IMG/VR virus record: IMGVR_UViG_3300022660_000043 | Length of the DNA: 64,000 nucleotides | Source of the DNA: a virus | Lineage: Duplodnaviria; Caudoviricetes | Reading direction: 5' to 3' (one strand) | Shown here: in pieces, positions 20,351-28,270 of the stretch | How the letters are laid out: each line of letters starts with the position of its first letter | How positions within the stretch are numbered: position 1 is the stretch's first letter | The notes under the pieces: model-generated | Seen by the model: the letters and a program-made list of their open reading frames with translations, nothing else | Told to the model about the DNA's origin: nothing | The model's database searches: none | Made by a program: the position numbers and the translations under genes

Positions 20351-20605
20351 ATAAAGCAAACCATAAGCGACGAATCACTCCGCTTATACAGCACTACTAA
20401 TAGCCGCCGGCATCCGATTTTCCGGTCGTCTGGTTTATTTTTGTATATAGATTTATCCGATTTTTACTATATACCGTTTAAGCTACCCATTTCATCTTGG
20501 CTGGAGACTACTCTTTCTTAGCGTACCACAGATAATACTCTGTGCTGCTATATGCTCTTAACATTAACAGTTATATCTGCTGCTGCAGGGGCCAATCGGT
20601 GCTTA

Positions 20606-20692
20606 TGGTGCAGGTTAAAGGACTTGAACCTTCACGAGATTGCTCTCATCAGCCCCTCAAGCTGACGCGTCTGCCAATTCCACCAAACCTGC
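20606..20692 (-). tRNA. trnL: tRNA-Leu(GAG)
   Basis: TCAGC-TTGAGGG-GCTGA, variable arm. Confidence 0.93.
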
Positions 20693-20947
20693 ATTAATAT
20701 CATCAGTTAATGTAGAATATCTCAGGCCAATACCATGACGCTTTTCCTGCATAGTAGGTATATGTCTACCGTTATAGTCCTTTGATCTACACATTCTACA
20801 AGAACAATGAATCTTATTTTTTGAAAACATTCCATCGTGATGGTAAAATTCATGCTCACCATACCAGCGCCAATTAGAAACAATTCTTTTCTTACGCTTG
20901 ATTGCCTTGGCTCTCATTTTACGTGTATAAGCTCTAGTTCTACTCAT
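20657..20947 (-). CDS. Basic hypothetical protein with HCSCxxC motif; 3' end overlaps tRNA-Leu
   Basis: 96 aa, GAGG SD. Confidence 0.7.
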   Translation of the reverse strand: MSRTRAYTRKMRAKAIKRKKRIVSNWRWYGEHEFYHHDGMFSKNKIHCSCRMCRSKDYNGRHIPTMQEKRHGIGLRYSTLTDDINAGLVELADASA

Positions 20948-21103
20948 AAACTTACCTCACAATATAAAATTTTTAACTAAATACTCCCCTAGTCGTTAAT
21001 GTGGTTTAACTAAGTTCCTCATGTTTGACAACCGAATCGAACGGTACTTTAACCACACCACACTGGCCACAAGAATTACATGAGATTAAGTAGTATTTAA
21101 GTC

Positions 21104-21180
21104 TGGTCGCTCTGCTTGGACTTGAACCAAGGACCTATCGGGTATGAACCGAGTGCTCTAGCCAACTGAGCTACAGAGCG
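21104..21180 (-). tRNA. trnM: tRNA-Met/Ile2(CAU), elongator type
   Basis: Loop TTCATAC, CCA. Confidence 0.9.
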
Positions 21181-21391
21181 AAATAAAACAAGCCGAACTA
21201 TATCAGTTTCAGATATAGGAGATGTGTTTACCTGTCGTTGCGCACCGTCAAGTAAAAGTTGTCTATTAGTTACACTCCATCTTTACTCCCAGACAAAAGG
21301 CCTACTTTGTAGTAATTAAGTTAATAAGTAAGCAAGTCTTGTTTGTGGGCACATCTTTTTCATTCGCGATAATTTTAAAGGATTTTCTTCT

Positions 21392-21530
21392 TGGTCACGC
21401 TCATCGGATTCGAACCGAACCACCGCCTCATCAAACCAGGCAGTATGCTACCCTTACACCATCTTTACGCTAATCCTTGCCTTCCTACTTCGGAGCTTGT
21501 ACAGGGCTCTGGTGAAGTAGCTTGTACGTG
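21392..21530 (-). ncRNA. Aberrant tRNA-like RNA (insertion before D arm, 9-nt anticodon loop)
   Basis: CACGT/GCGTG-ACCA, D arm GGTGTAAGGGTAGCAT, CTGCCT-GGTTTGATG-AGGCGG, canonical T-loop. Confidence 0.6.
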
Positions 21531-21588
21531 AAGGCATACCAGGAATGGATTTTTACTCACTATTCAGCTTATTATATTATACAATGTT

Positions 21589-21981
21589 TTAATCGTAATT
21601 CCAGCGATCTTCGTATTTTTTATAGAAACTTTTTTCTCTCCAAGCGGCATCATCCTCAGTGATTTTAATTCGACGATTCCGTCTTGCAGTTTGCCACTTC
21701 ATTACCTTTTTCCAGCCATGTCTACCCCAATGATGCTCAATAATACTATAGGGTACCTCAGGACGGTCAAAATATATGTAATAATCATGACCTCTGCGCT
21801 TATCCCACTCTGGAGTTATCCTTGGATCACTAAGATACCAATGGTTATCTTCTCTCAATGCCCTTGTGTCTGGTTCATTTGTAATAAAATAAACATTAGA
21901 AAAATAACCACCATTATTATGGTTGGTCTCAAGTTTTTGCTTGTAACGAAGATTTCTAAAATACTTGTGTCTGTTATTCAT
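21589..21981 (-). CDS. Basic hypothetical protein
   Basis: 130 aa, AAGGAG SD. Confidence 0.75.
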   Translation of the reverse strand: MNNRHKYFRNLRYKQKLETNHNNGGYFSNVYFITNEPDTRALREDNHWYLSDPRITPEWDKRRGHDYYIYFDRPEVPYSIIEHHWGRHGWKKVMKWQTARRNRRIKITEDDAAWREKSFYKKYEDRWNYD

Positions 21982-22125
21982 TTGCTTTAGCTCCTTAATT
22001 AAAATTTACTATAGCATAATGAATACCTCTCTTTCATAATTTATAACTGAGTTTTTCAGATTTTTTTAGTTAGCATCGTTTAGTTTAAATAGTCTCACCA
22101 CGTAAAGGAAATGCTATCAAGACCG

Positions 22126-22199
22126 GGTAACCGACGCGGATCGAACGCGCGACACTCAGAGCCACAATCTGACGCTCTACAAACTGAGCTACGGCTACC
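22126..22199 (-). tRNA. trnH: tRNA-His(GUG), G-1 encoded, CCA not encoded
   Basis: TCAGA-TTGTGGC-TCTGA; G-1:C73. Confidence 0.93.
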
Positions 22200-22204
22200 A
22201 TATC

Positions 22205-22295
22205 TGGCGGAGGCTCTGGGATTCGAACCCAGGGACGGCTCAGCACCGTCGGCAGTTTTCAAGACTGCTGTCATAAACCGCTCGGCCAAACCTCC
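22205..22295 (-). tRNA. trnS: tRNA-Ser(UGA)
   Basis: GCAGT-CTTGAAA-ACTGC, long variable arm. Confidence 0.95.
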
Positions 22296-22378
22296 ATATT
22301 AGCGTAAAAGCACCCCTCCATGCTTGCACATGTACACCCCATTAAACACATTTCCTTTCTAGGTGTACTCCCAAATAA

Positions 22379-22747
22379 TTATTTTTCAAGTTTTCTAATA
22401 AAACCTTCAAACACATTTGTCTGCCTTGTAATAGCAGCAGCAAGGTCTTGTATTGCAGTAGCTAGATCATCAGCCTCTTTTGATACTGGCTTATCCACAG
22501 ATAAACCAAATCTTTGATTTGCATAATCAGCTATATGATGGCTATCTTTTAATAAACCAGTATATTCTACAAGTCTGCCAGTCGATGCCATACACATTGC
22601 TGTAATGCATCGCAATACAGATGCTTGACTTATTTTCAGCTTCATTGCAATAGCGGCACAATCCATGCCCTGCTCATAAAGCTTCCAAACATGTTCTATA
22701 GTAGCATCAGTTATTCTTGTTCTCTTGCTCATAAACATTATCTCCAT
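22379..22747 (-). CDS. Helix-turn-helix protein
   Basis: LYEQGMDCAAIAMKLKISQASVLR HTH pattern. Confidence 0.7.
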   Translation of the reverse strand: MEIMFMSKRTRITDATIEHVWKLYEQGMDCAAIAMKLKISQASVLRCITAMCMASTGRLVEYTGLLKDSHHIADYANQRFGLSVDKPVSKEADDLATAIQDLAAAITRQTNVFEGFIRKLEK

Positions 22748-22863
22748 CTTTTAATGACACATATACTTCTTAAAGCATATGTAAAGATAATGTTTTTCTT
22801 AGCTCCCCACCTAGCTAAACACATACATACCCACAAGTTTTCACTCGTTTATGTATTCCCTTT

Positions 22864-22948
22864 TGGTGCTTAAGGTGGGACTTGAACCCACACGTGTTGC
22901 CACTGCGGTGTTTGAGACCGCCTCGTCTGCCAATTCCGACACTCAAGC
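22864..22948 (-). tRNA. trnL: tRNA-Leu(CAA)
   Basis: GCGGT-CTCAAAC-ACCGC. Confidence 0.93.
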
Positions 22949-22959
22949 AGGTAAAGATC

Positions 22960-23151
22960 TTATCTAGATTTTTCAATTGGCCAATCAAGAATCTTTCGAC
23001 CATCTTGGCGATACATATAGCTAGTTAACTTACAATGGCTACACTCTAATAGCTTCTTTGTTCCGAGGTGTGGTGTCCAAAACCATTTCCAAAAGCTTGT
23101 GATTTCATTTGTATGTGCACAATACTTACAAATATATCTTACTTTCATCAT
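22960..23151 (-). CDS. Small zinc-ribbon protein
   Basis: CxxC...CxxC. Confidence 0.65.
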   Translation of the reverse strand: MMKVRYICKYCAHTNEITSFWKWFWTPHLGTKKLLECSHCKLTSYMYRQDGRKILDWPIEKSR

Positions 23152-23157
23152 TAACTC

Positions 23158-23799
23158 CTAAATAATTTGATAACACCAAATATAACCATAAGCGGTTTTA
23201 CGTTTACCGTTACAAACATCAGCAATATGTCCAGCTGAACCACGATCTGTTTGTTTATTTTGCACTTTACCTAAAGCTTTCACAGCAGCTAAAGTAGACG
23301 GAAAGGTTGCAATATATTCACCCGTAAGTGAGTATTGTTCAACAGCTTTTCCAGTTTTTTCTAATAGCACCTCAGAAGATGTTCTCACATCAACTTGCTT
23401 AATTCGTAAAATTTTACGAACTGTTTCCCGGTGGATATTAAGTCTGTCTGCTACGGCTGAAATGGTACCGAGTTGTTTATATGCAGTAACCACTAAGTCA
23501 TAGTCTAAGTATTTTTTACCATCGCCACCCAAAGTAGCATTATAGCCCTGCTTATAGGTCTGCTTAGTCGAAATCCAAAATATTTCACGTTCTTCGGGTG
23601 ACTCTGTTTCTTCCAATAATTCAATATGAAAATGTTCAATACCGTACTTTCGCATTGCAGCATATAAAGGACGTTTTTCACAACGATTGCGAAAAGCTTC
23701 TTTACAATGCTCTTTAAACCTACGCTCGATTGCAAATTCAGTCTTCCCTATATAACTTTTATTATTTATGTCATTAATAATTTCATAAATATAAGCCAT
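23158..23799 (-). CDS. GIY-YIG homing endonuclease with NUMOD1-like C-terminus
   Basis: YIY...YIG, RFxEH, GYN, KTAYGYIW; free-standing within the tRNA array. Confidence 0.9.
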   Translation of the reverse strand: MAYIYEIINDINNKSYIGKTEFAIERRFKEHCKEAFRNRCEKRPLYAAMRKYGIEHFHIELLEETESPEEREIFWISTKQTYKQGYNATLGGDGKKYLDYDLVVTAYKQLGTISAVADRLNIHRETVRKILRIKQVDVRTSSEVLLEKTGKAVEQYSLTGEYIATFPSTLAAVKALGKVQNKQTDRGSAGHIADVCNGKRKTAYGYIWCYQII

Positions 23800-23820
23800 A
23801 GTGAATACCTCATTTAAATC

Positions 23821-23895
23821 TGGTGCACCCGGTGGAACTCGAATCCACGACTCTCTGATTAAAAGTCAGATACTCTACCACTGAGTTACGGGTGC
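23821..23895 (-). tRNA. trnK: tRNA-Lys(UUU)
   Basis: TCTGA-CTTTTAA-TCAGA. Confidence 0.95.
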
Positions 23896-24296
23896 ATATG
23901 TTAAACAGAAGTTGCTTAAGGTGAACCACTGTATCTTGGGCGCCTCGGTGCAGGGCGCTTAAAAAGATCTTAATGATATAGCCGCATATATCAAGCCGAT
24001 ATTATAACCAGTACATTTTATTATACGATGTTTTGACCGTATTTTTACATACTTTTTAAAAATAAATAGCGCCAAAAAGTTCTTAAAACCTCTTGACGCT
24101 AATACACTCTTATATTATAAAGCCTGTATTAACGTTTTCGGGGTGGTTTCAATGACTTGGATCCAAAAAAGGGCATAGCTCCGCCACATACAGTTTTTAT
24201 TGTACTAAGTGATACAAAATGTGACATAACTTTACTCTCCTTTAGATTTTTTCATTCTAATTAATTTAGCGTATAATTTTTATTAAAAAATAAATT

Positions 24297-24418
24297 TGGA
24301 CACGGCAGTCGGTTATTACCCGACTCCTCTTCAACTCAGCTATCTGCTGCAGCTTAATAGCGTCAACGTTTCTCTCTTCCCTGTGATTTGGGTGCTCTCA
24401 CTTATGAACTATACCGTG
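24297..24418 (-). ncRNA. Aberrant CCA-ending tRNA-like RNA with expanded central region
   Basis: CACGGTA/TGCCGTG-TCCA, D arm GTTC..GAGC, T-stem GTCGG/CCGAC with non-canonical loop. Confidence 0.6.
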
Positions 24419-24425
24419 ATATGTA

Positions 24426-24731
24426 TTAAATAATTTTAATACTCTCAAACACTTTACCATCAGCTTCTATATTAATTTGCTGATTAAGATCTGGAGTAAT
24501 TATATAAGTAATTCCAAAAGATTTGCCGAATTCATATTCTCCATAAGTCTTTGTTATTGGAGACTTCACAAAGCCATTGAAGAATACAAGGATAGGAGCA
24601 ACATCACCTGAGCATTTACAAACTAAATTAGTTCCTTTAAGAGCAGTAGTTTCTAAAATCAAATCTTGAAGTGTATTATTCCATTCAAATTTAGTCTTAC
24701 CAATAGCAGGTGCTTTTGACCAAATAATCAT
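24426..24731 (-). CDS. Hypothetical protein
   Basis: 101-aa ORF with SD. Confidence 0.65.
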   Translation of the reverse strand: MIIWSKAPAIGKTKFEWNNTLQDLILETTALKGTNLVCKCSGDVAPILVFFNGFVKSPITKTYGEYEFGKSFGITYIITPDLNQQINIEADGKVFESIKII

Positions 24732-24844
24732 AAATCAGCTTTCCTCTCTCTTAAAGATTCCTTCTTTGTTTTACTCGTAGCTTATAGGTACCTATAATCT
24801 TAACGTTTTCAGTTTTCTGTTGAAGGATAGTCATACTCTGGAGC

Positions 24845-24918
24845 TGGCTGCCCATCAAGGTATCGAACCTCGGCATTCCGGGTCAGAGCCGGACGCTCTA
24901 CCATTAAGCTAATGGGCA
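24845..24918 (-). tRNA. trnQ: tRNA-Gln(CUG)
   Basis: Loop CTCTGAC, CCA. Confidence 0.93.
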
Positions 24919-25013
24919 GTATAAAAGTAATCAAGTAATACTTCTAATCGGTTTATTTGGACATAGCCCCAAAGGGGAACCGTAAGTTCTCTAACCAAAC
25001 TTGATTACTTATC

Positions 25014-25205
25014 TGGCTGGGGTGGCAGGATTTGAACCTGCGAATCCGGGAGTCATGGTGCCTGAGGTGAGATTTGAACTCACGACGAGGTGCTTTCCCC
25101 ATAGTCTAAGTAGTTTCCATCTTAGCATTTCGGGTTGGTCCCCAGCTCTTCCAGACTGAGGTACTCAGACAAGTCCCGTGCCTTAACCAACTTGGCCACA
25201 CCCCA
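25014..25205 (-). tRNA. trnQ: tRNA-Gln(UUG) interrupted in the anticodon by a 115-nt tRNA-like insert
   Basis: 5' part 25205-25171 (TGGGGTG...CGGGACTT) + 3' part 25055-25014 (TGACTCCCG...CACCCCAGCCA) joins into a canonical 77-nt tRNA-Gln. Confidence 0.9.
25056..25170 (-). ncRNA. Nested tRNA-like element inside tRNA-Gln anticodon
   Basis: GTCTGAG/CTCAGGC-ACCA acceptor, D arm, T arm GTGAG-TTCAAAT-CTCAC; anticodon arm replaced by about 60 nt. Confidence 0.85.
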
Positions 25206-25294
25206 ATATAAAATTATCGGTTCACCATGAGAAGCAGACACGACTATCTTACGATATTAACTTCCCCTGCACTCTAGTTCTCAAGTGTTAACCG

Positions 25295-25369
25295 TGGTGG
25301 ATAAGGTAGGAGTCGAACCATACTTCCCGCGGGACGTTTAACGTCTGCATTCCACAATGCTACTTACCC
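25295..25369 (-). ncRNA. tRNA-like RNA with collapsed anticodon loop
   Basis: GGGTAAG/CTTATCC-ACCA; GACG-TTAAA-CGTC; TTCGA T-loop. Confidence 0.65.
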
Positions 25370-25552
25370 ATAAAATTTGGAAACTTTCTGCACTTTGTGA
25401 ACAGAGGTTTACCAACCCTGATGCATCATCGCCGCTTTATGCTTTCGTCACTAAGCGTCCGTCAAATATACCGTTGTTGAACTCAAGAGTTTAATTTATC
25501 AGGAGCTACCCTGAAAGGAAGTTTGCACAACAACAGACTGATCTTCCCGCGC

Positions 25553-25629
25553 TGGTGGGCATAGATGGACTCGAACCATCGACCTTTCGCTTATCAGGTG
25601 AATATTCTAACCAGCTGAACTATATGCCC
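25553..25629 (-). tRNA. trnI: tRNA-Ile(GAU)
   Basis: Loop CTGATAA, CCA. Confidence 0.95.
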
Positions 25630-25636
25630 ATATTTT

Positions 25637-25713
25637 TGGCAGGGGCTGGAGGACTTGAACCCCCGACACCCAGTTTTGGAGACTGGTGTTCTTACCAACT
25701 GAACTAAACCCCT
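25637..25713 (-). tRNA. trnW: tRNA-Trp(CCA)
   Basis: CCAGT-CTCCAAA-ACTGG. Confidence 0.95.
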
Positions 25714-25914
25714 ATAGGACACCGAAGGCTAGTAGCAATCTTTCTGCACGTTAGTGAGACGTTAGTCAGACAGTTTTCACCTTCTATCAACAAAGCACTA
25801 CCAATATTGATACAGGGGTTCGGAGCCTCCCTGGTACTGATTAGTTTTTCACAGCCGACGATGGTCACACAGCACTTCCCGCACCGTTACCTTACTTAAA
25901 TTTTCTATACTATA

Positions 25915-26002
25915 TAGTACCGCGATAGAGGATTCGAACCTCACCTTCAGCGCAGATTTAACTGCCAGGACCAATGCTCTACCAATTAAGCTAGCACGCG
26001 GA
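25915..26002 (-). ncRNA. Degenerate tRNA-like RNA
   Basis: Canonical D arm GCTTAATTGGTAGAGC and T-loop, irregular anticodon region, no CCA. Confidence 0.55.
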
Positions 26003-26156
26003 TATTGAACAAATAGTTAGTAGCGCAAGAACCTTATCTACTTTTTAACGCCTCAACCTAATGGTATTTTGGTGGCGCGATTTCTTATCCACCTTTGATG
26101 CAAACTATTTGTCTATTTATACATTATATAATGTAATCGAAGGTTAAACATCTCTG

Positions 26157-26518
26157 CCAATAAACTAAATAAGGAACACTTACTCTACGCCGAGACACTG
26201 GAGCAGATAATTAAATGGATGGACTCGAACCATCGACATGCCCCTTATCACGGAGCTGCTCATATCCAACTGAGCTACATTTAATTAGTGTTTAGTTGGT
26301 CTGCGTAGCCACACCTCATCCTAAGCCCTACCTTCATGCCGTTCAGTCTGACGTCTTGTATACAGACTTACTAGCGCCTACTCCATATCAAGCTGGAGGA
26401 ACCTCTCGTGGTACGATTCTTGTTTACAGTCTTTACTTCTTCCACCACATTATCGGGGCCCTTTGACATTAGCCATTCTTGTGAATGGTTCGCCTCAGTG
26501 TGTTATTTAGTTTATTGG
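26157..26518 (-). ncRNA. About 360-nt RNA closed by a 16-bp stem with an embedded tRNA-Ile(GAU)-like domain (26211-26284)
   Basis: ccaataaactaaataa (26157-26172) / ttatttagtttattgg (26503-26518) perfect inverted repeat; internal cloverleaf lacking CCA. Confidence 0.6.
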
Positions 26519-26743
26519 TTTTGACGCCGAATTACCTAGTAGCTCATTAATGCCATGCTTTAATCCAAAGAGGTAGTTATCGTCCCTCTTGAACTACCAG
26601 ATAACCGATAAAAATAAGTATTAGCATAGAAATCTAATCATGCCCCTCACGATAAGTACTGAGGATTAACGCACCTCAGGTGGGCTAACGCCAGACTTAA
26701 CTACAAGATATATCATTTCACTTATAATCAGTTTCTGGATTTC

Positions 26744-26830
26744 TGGTGCCCCTGACCGGAATCGAACCGGTACGGCCTTGCGGCCAACGGATTTTAAGTC
26801 CGTTGCGTCTGCCAGTTCCGCCACAGGGGC
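26744..26830 (-). tRNA. trnL: tRNA-Leu(UAA)
   Basis: ACGGA-CTTAAAA-TCCGT, variable arm. Confidence 0.95.
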
Positions 26831-26840
26831 ATATTAAATT

Positions 26841-26948
26841 ATACCTGCTCGGGAGTCGAACACCGAATCTCCTCCTTTGAAGGGAGGGGCTCTGTCCCTT
26901 AAATTGACGTGTAAAACCATCCAGGATTTGCCGTTAAGCTAACAGGAC
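26841..26948 (-). ncRNA. tRNA-like RNA with UCA anticodon and about 36-nt D-loop insertion
   Basis: CCTCC-CTTCAAA-GGAGG; GCTTAACGG[insert]CAGAGC; imperfect acceptor stem, no CCA. Confidence 0.65.
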
Positions 26949-26956
26949 TTTTATTA

Positions 26957-27073
26957 AGACCAAGCTAAATGAAAGCTGGAGCTCTCCCATCTGAGCTACA
27001 TCCCAAAGCGGAATGACGGGGCTCGAACCCGTGACCACCAGCTGGAATAATCAAAGAAATAAGCATTGGTTCT
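26957..27073 (-). ncRNA. Family A RNA with permuted tRNA domain (YrlA-like)
   Basis: AGAACCAAUGCUUAUUUCUU...T-arm, loop-closed acceptor, D-arm...AGCUUGGUCU. Confidence 0.85.
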
Positions 27074-27091
27074 AGTATATTATACAATAGA

Positions 27092-27700
27092 TTAACAAGA
27101 AATTTGACTTAAATTTGTAATTGTTCGATCAAGTTTTTCTTGAGTCCACCAACCATAGGTGTCTAAAATATCAAGATTAGCCTTAAGCTCATACAGCTTA
27201 TCGAGAATGGCCTGTTTCTGCTCTTCTGTGATATGTCCAACACGATGAACTAACCTAGTACGCTCAACTGACACGATTGAAGCAGTATTAAAAGAGCTAG
27301 GAAATCTTAAATTACAAGCAGTATGATTAGGAACCTCTACAAGATAATCTAGAAGCGAAGCAGGATGGCTAGTAGTTAACTGAAAACCATAAACTCTAAA
27401 AGCATTCGCATAAATAACAAGAAGTGGACGACGAATATGATCTAAGTTAATGTTTCTACCATACTGAAAAAGATCTGCAACAAGAATATCACCACGCTGA
27501 AACTCTACTAAGTCTGTTCCATAATCTTCTGTTATATCAGCAAAAGGTAAGTCTTGATACTCAACTTCTTCTTGCCACCCAAGATTAGGGTCGAGATCAA
27601 GTGCATCAGCAAAAGGAGAAGGTTTTAAATCCTCATACAAAGAACTTAAAACATCAAACACATTATCTTCTTCACAGATATAAAAACCGTCCTCTCTCAT
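27092..27700 (-). CDS. PemK/MazF-like endoribonuclease with acidic N-terminal extension
   Basis: FQRGDILVADL...RRPLLVI...QLTT...IVSVERTRL..RVGHI; start reassigned to the ATG after AGGAG. Confidence 0.75.
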   Translation of the reverse strand: MREDGFYICEEDNVFDVLSSLYEDLKPSPFADALDLDPNLGWQEEVEYQDLPFADITEDYGTDLVEFQRGDILVADLFQYGRNINLDHIRRPLLVIYANAFRVYGFQLTTSHPASLLDYLVEVPNHTACNLRFPSSFNTASIVSVERTRLVHRVGHITEEQKQAILDKLYELKANLDILDTYGWWTQEKLDRTITNLSQISC

Positions 27701-27721
27701 CATAACTCCTCTAAATAAAAC

Positions 27722-27865
27722 GGCCAAGCTAATATATACGTTGCTCTACCACTGAGCTACAATCCACGAGTATTGGCCTTATTCAGGCAGTGCCTCCATC
27801 GGAAAGGTAGGACTCGAACCTACGACCTACGGCTTAGCAGGCATTAAGAAATAAGCATTGGCTCT
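27722..27865 (-). ncRNA. Family A RNA with permuted tRNA domain (YrlA-like), enlarged acceptor loop
   Basis: AGAGCCAAUGCUUAUUUCUU...GUAGGUUCGAGUCCUAC...GCUCAGUGGUAGAGC...AGCUUGGCC. Confidence 0.85.
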
Positions 27866-27896
27866 GTATTATATTATACGATATAAATAACTTAGA

Positions 27897-28199
27897 TTAA
27901 GCGTATTTTACAATAATTCTGAAAATATTTTTCTGTTCACTAAGTGCGGCGACAAGGTCTCTAAGGCGTTTATACTTAGTGCCACACCAATAAAGCTCTC
28001 CTTGTTTATTACGATATTCCCTATCTACAAAAGCCATCAATTCAATACAGTCAGGATATTCATCAAAAGTAAACTCTTCGAACTCTACACTAAATTTAAG
28101 TACCTCTTTGTGTGTTTGCAAAAATCTATCTACCAAGGAATCCCTTGCCCAACTGTTATCAAAGTTCTTATGAACAATCATCTTGTCAGAATAAATCAT
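27897..28199 (-). CDS. Hypothetical protein
   Basis: 100 aa, preceded by TGCTAAATTA motif. Confidence 0.7.
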   Translation of the reverse strand: MIYSDKMIVHKNFDNSWARDSLVDRFLQTHKEVLKFSVEFEEFTFDEYPDCIELMAFVDREYRNKQGELYWCGTKYKRLRDLVAALSEQKNIFRIIVKYA

Positions 28200-28270
28200 A
28201 AAACTACCTTTAATATATAATTTAGCAGAAATTTAAGGGCGTAGCATAAAACTACACCCTTATTTTGTTT

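Noticed and set aside
11223-22302. Short ORFs overlapping tRNAs/ncRNAs (e.g. 11223-11507, 12503-12748, 14118-14351, 18604-18816, 20029-20274, 22095-22289; also 45512-45925)
   Set aside because: Spurious translations of RNA genes.
23158-23799. Group I intron hosting the GIY-YIG gene (also 50715-51569)
   Set aside because: No interrupted host gene or intron core flanks it; both appear free-standing.
25056-25170. Group I/II or BHB intron
   Set aside because: Too short, no catalytic core motifs, ends in CCA rather than omega-G, no bulge-helix-bulge seen.
25378-25552. 6S RNA
   Set aside because: Could not establish the long rod with central bubble by eye.
26841-26948. tRNA-Sec, or evidence of genome-wide stop recoding
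   Set aside because: No long variable arm or extended acceptor stem; genes tile well in code 11 and TGA is used as a stop in ATGA overlaps.
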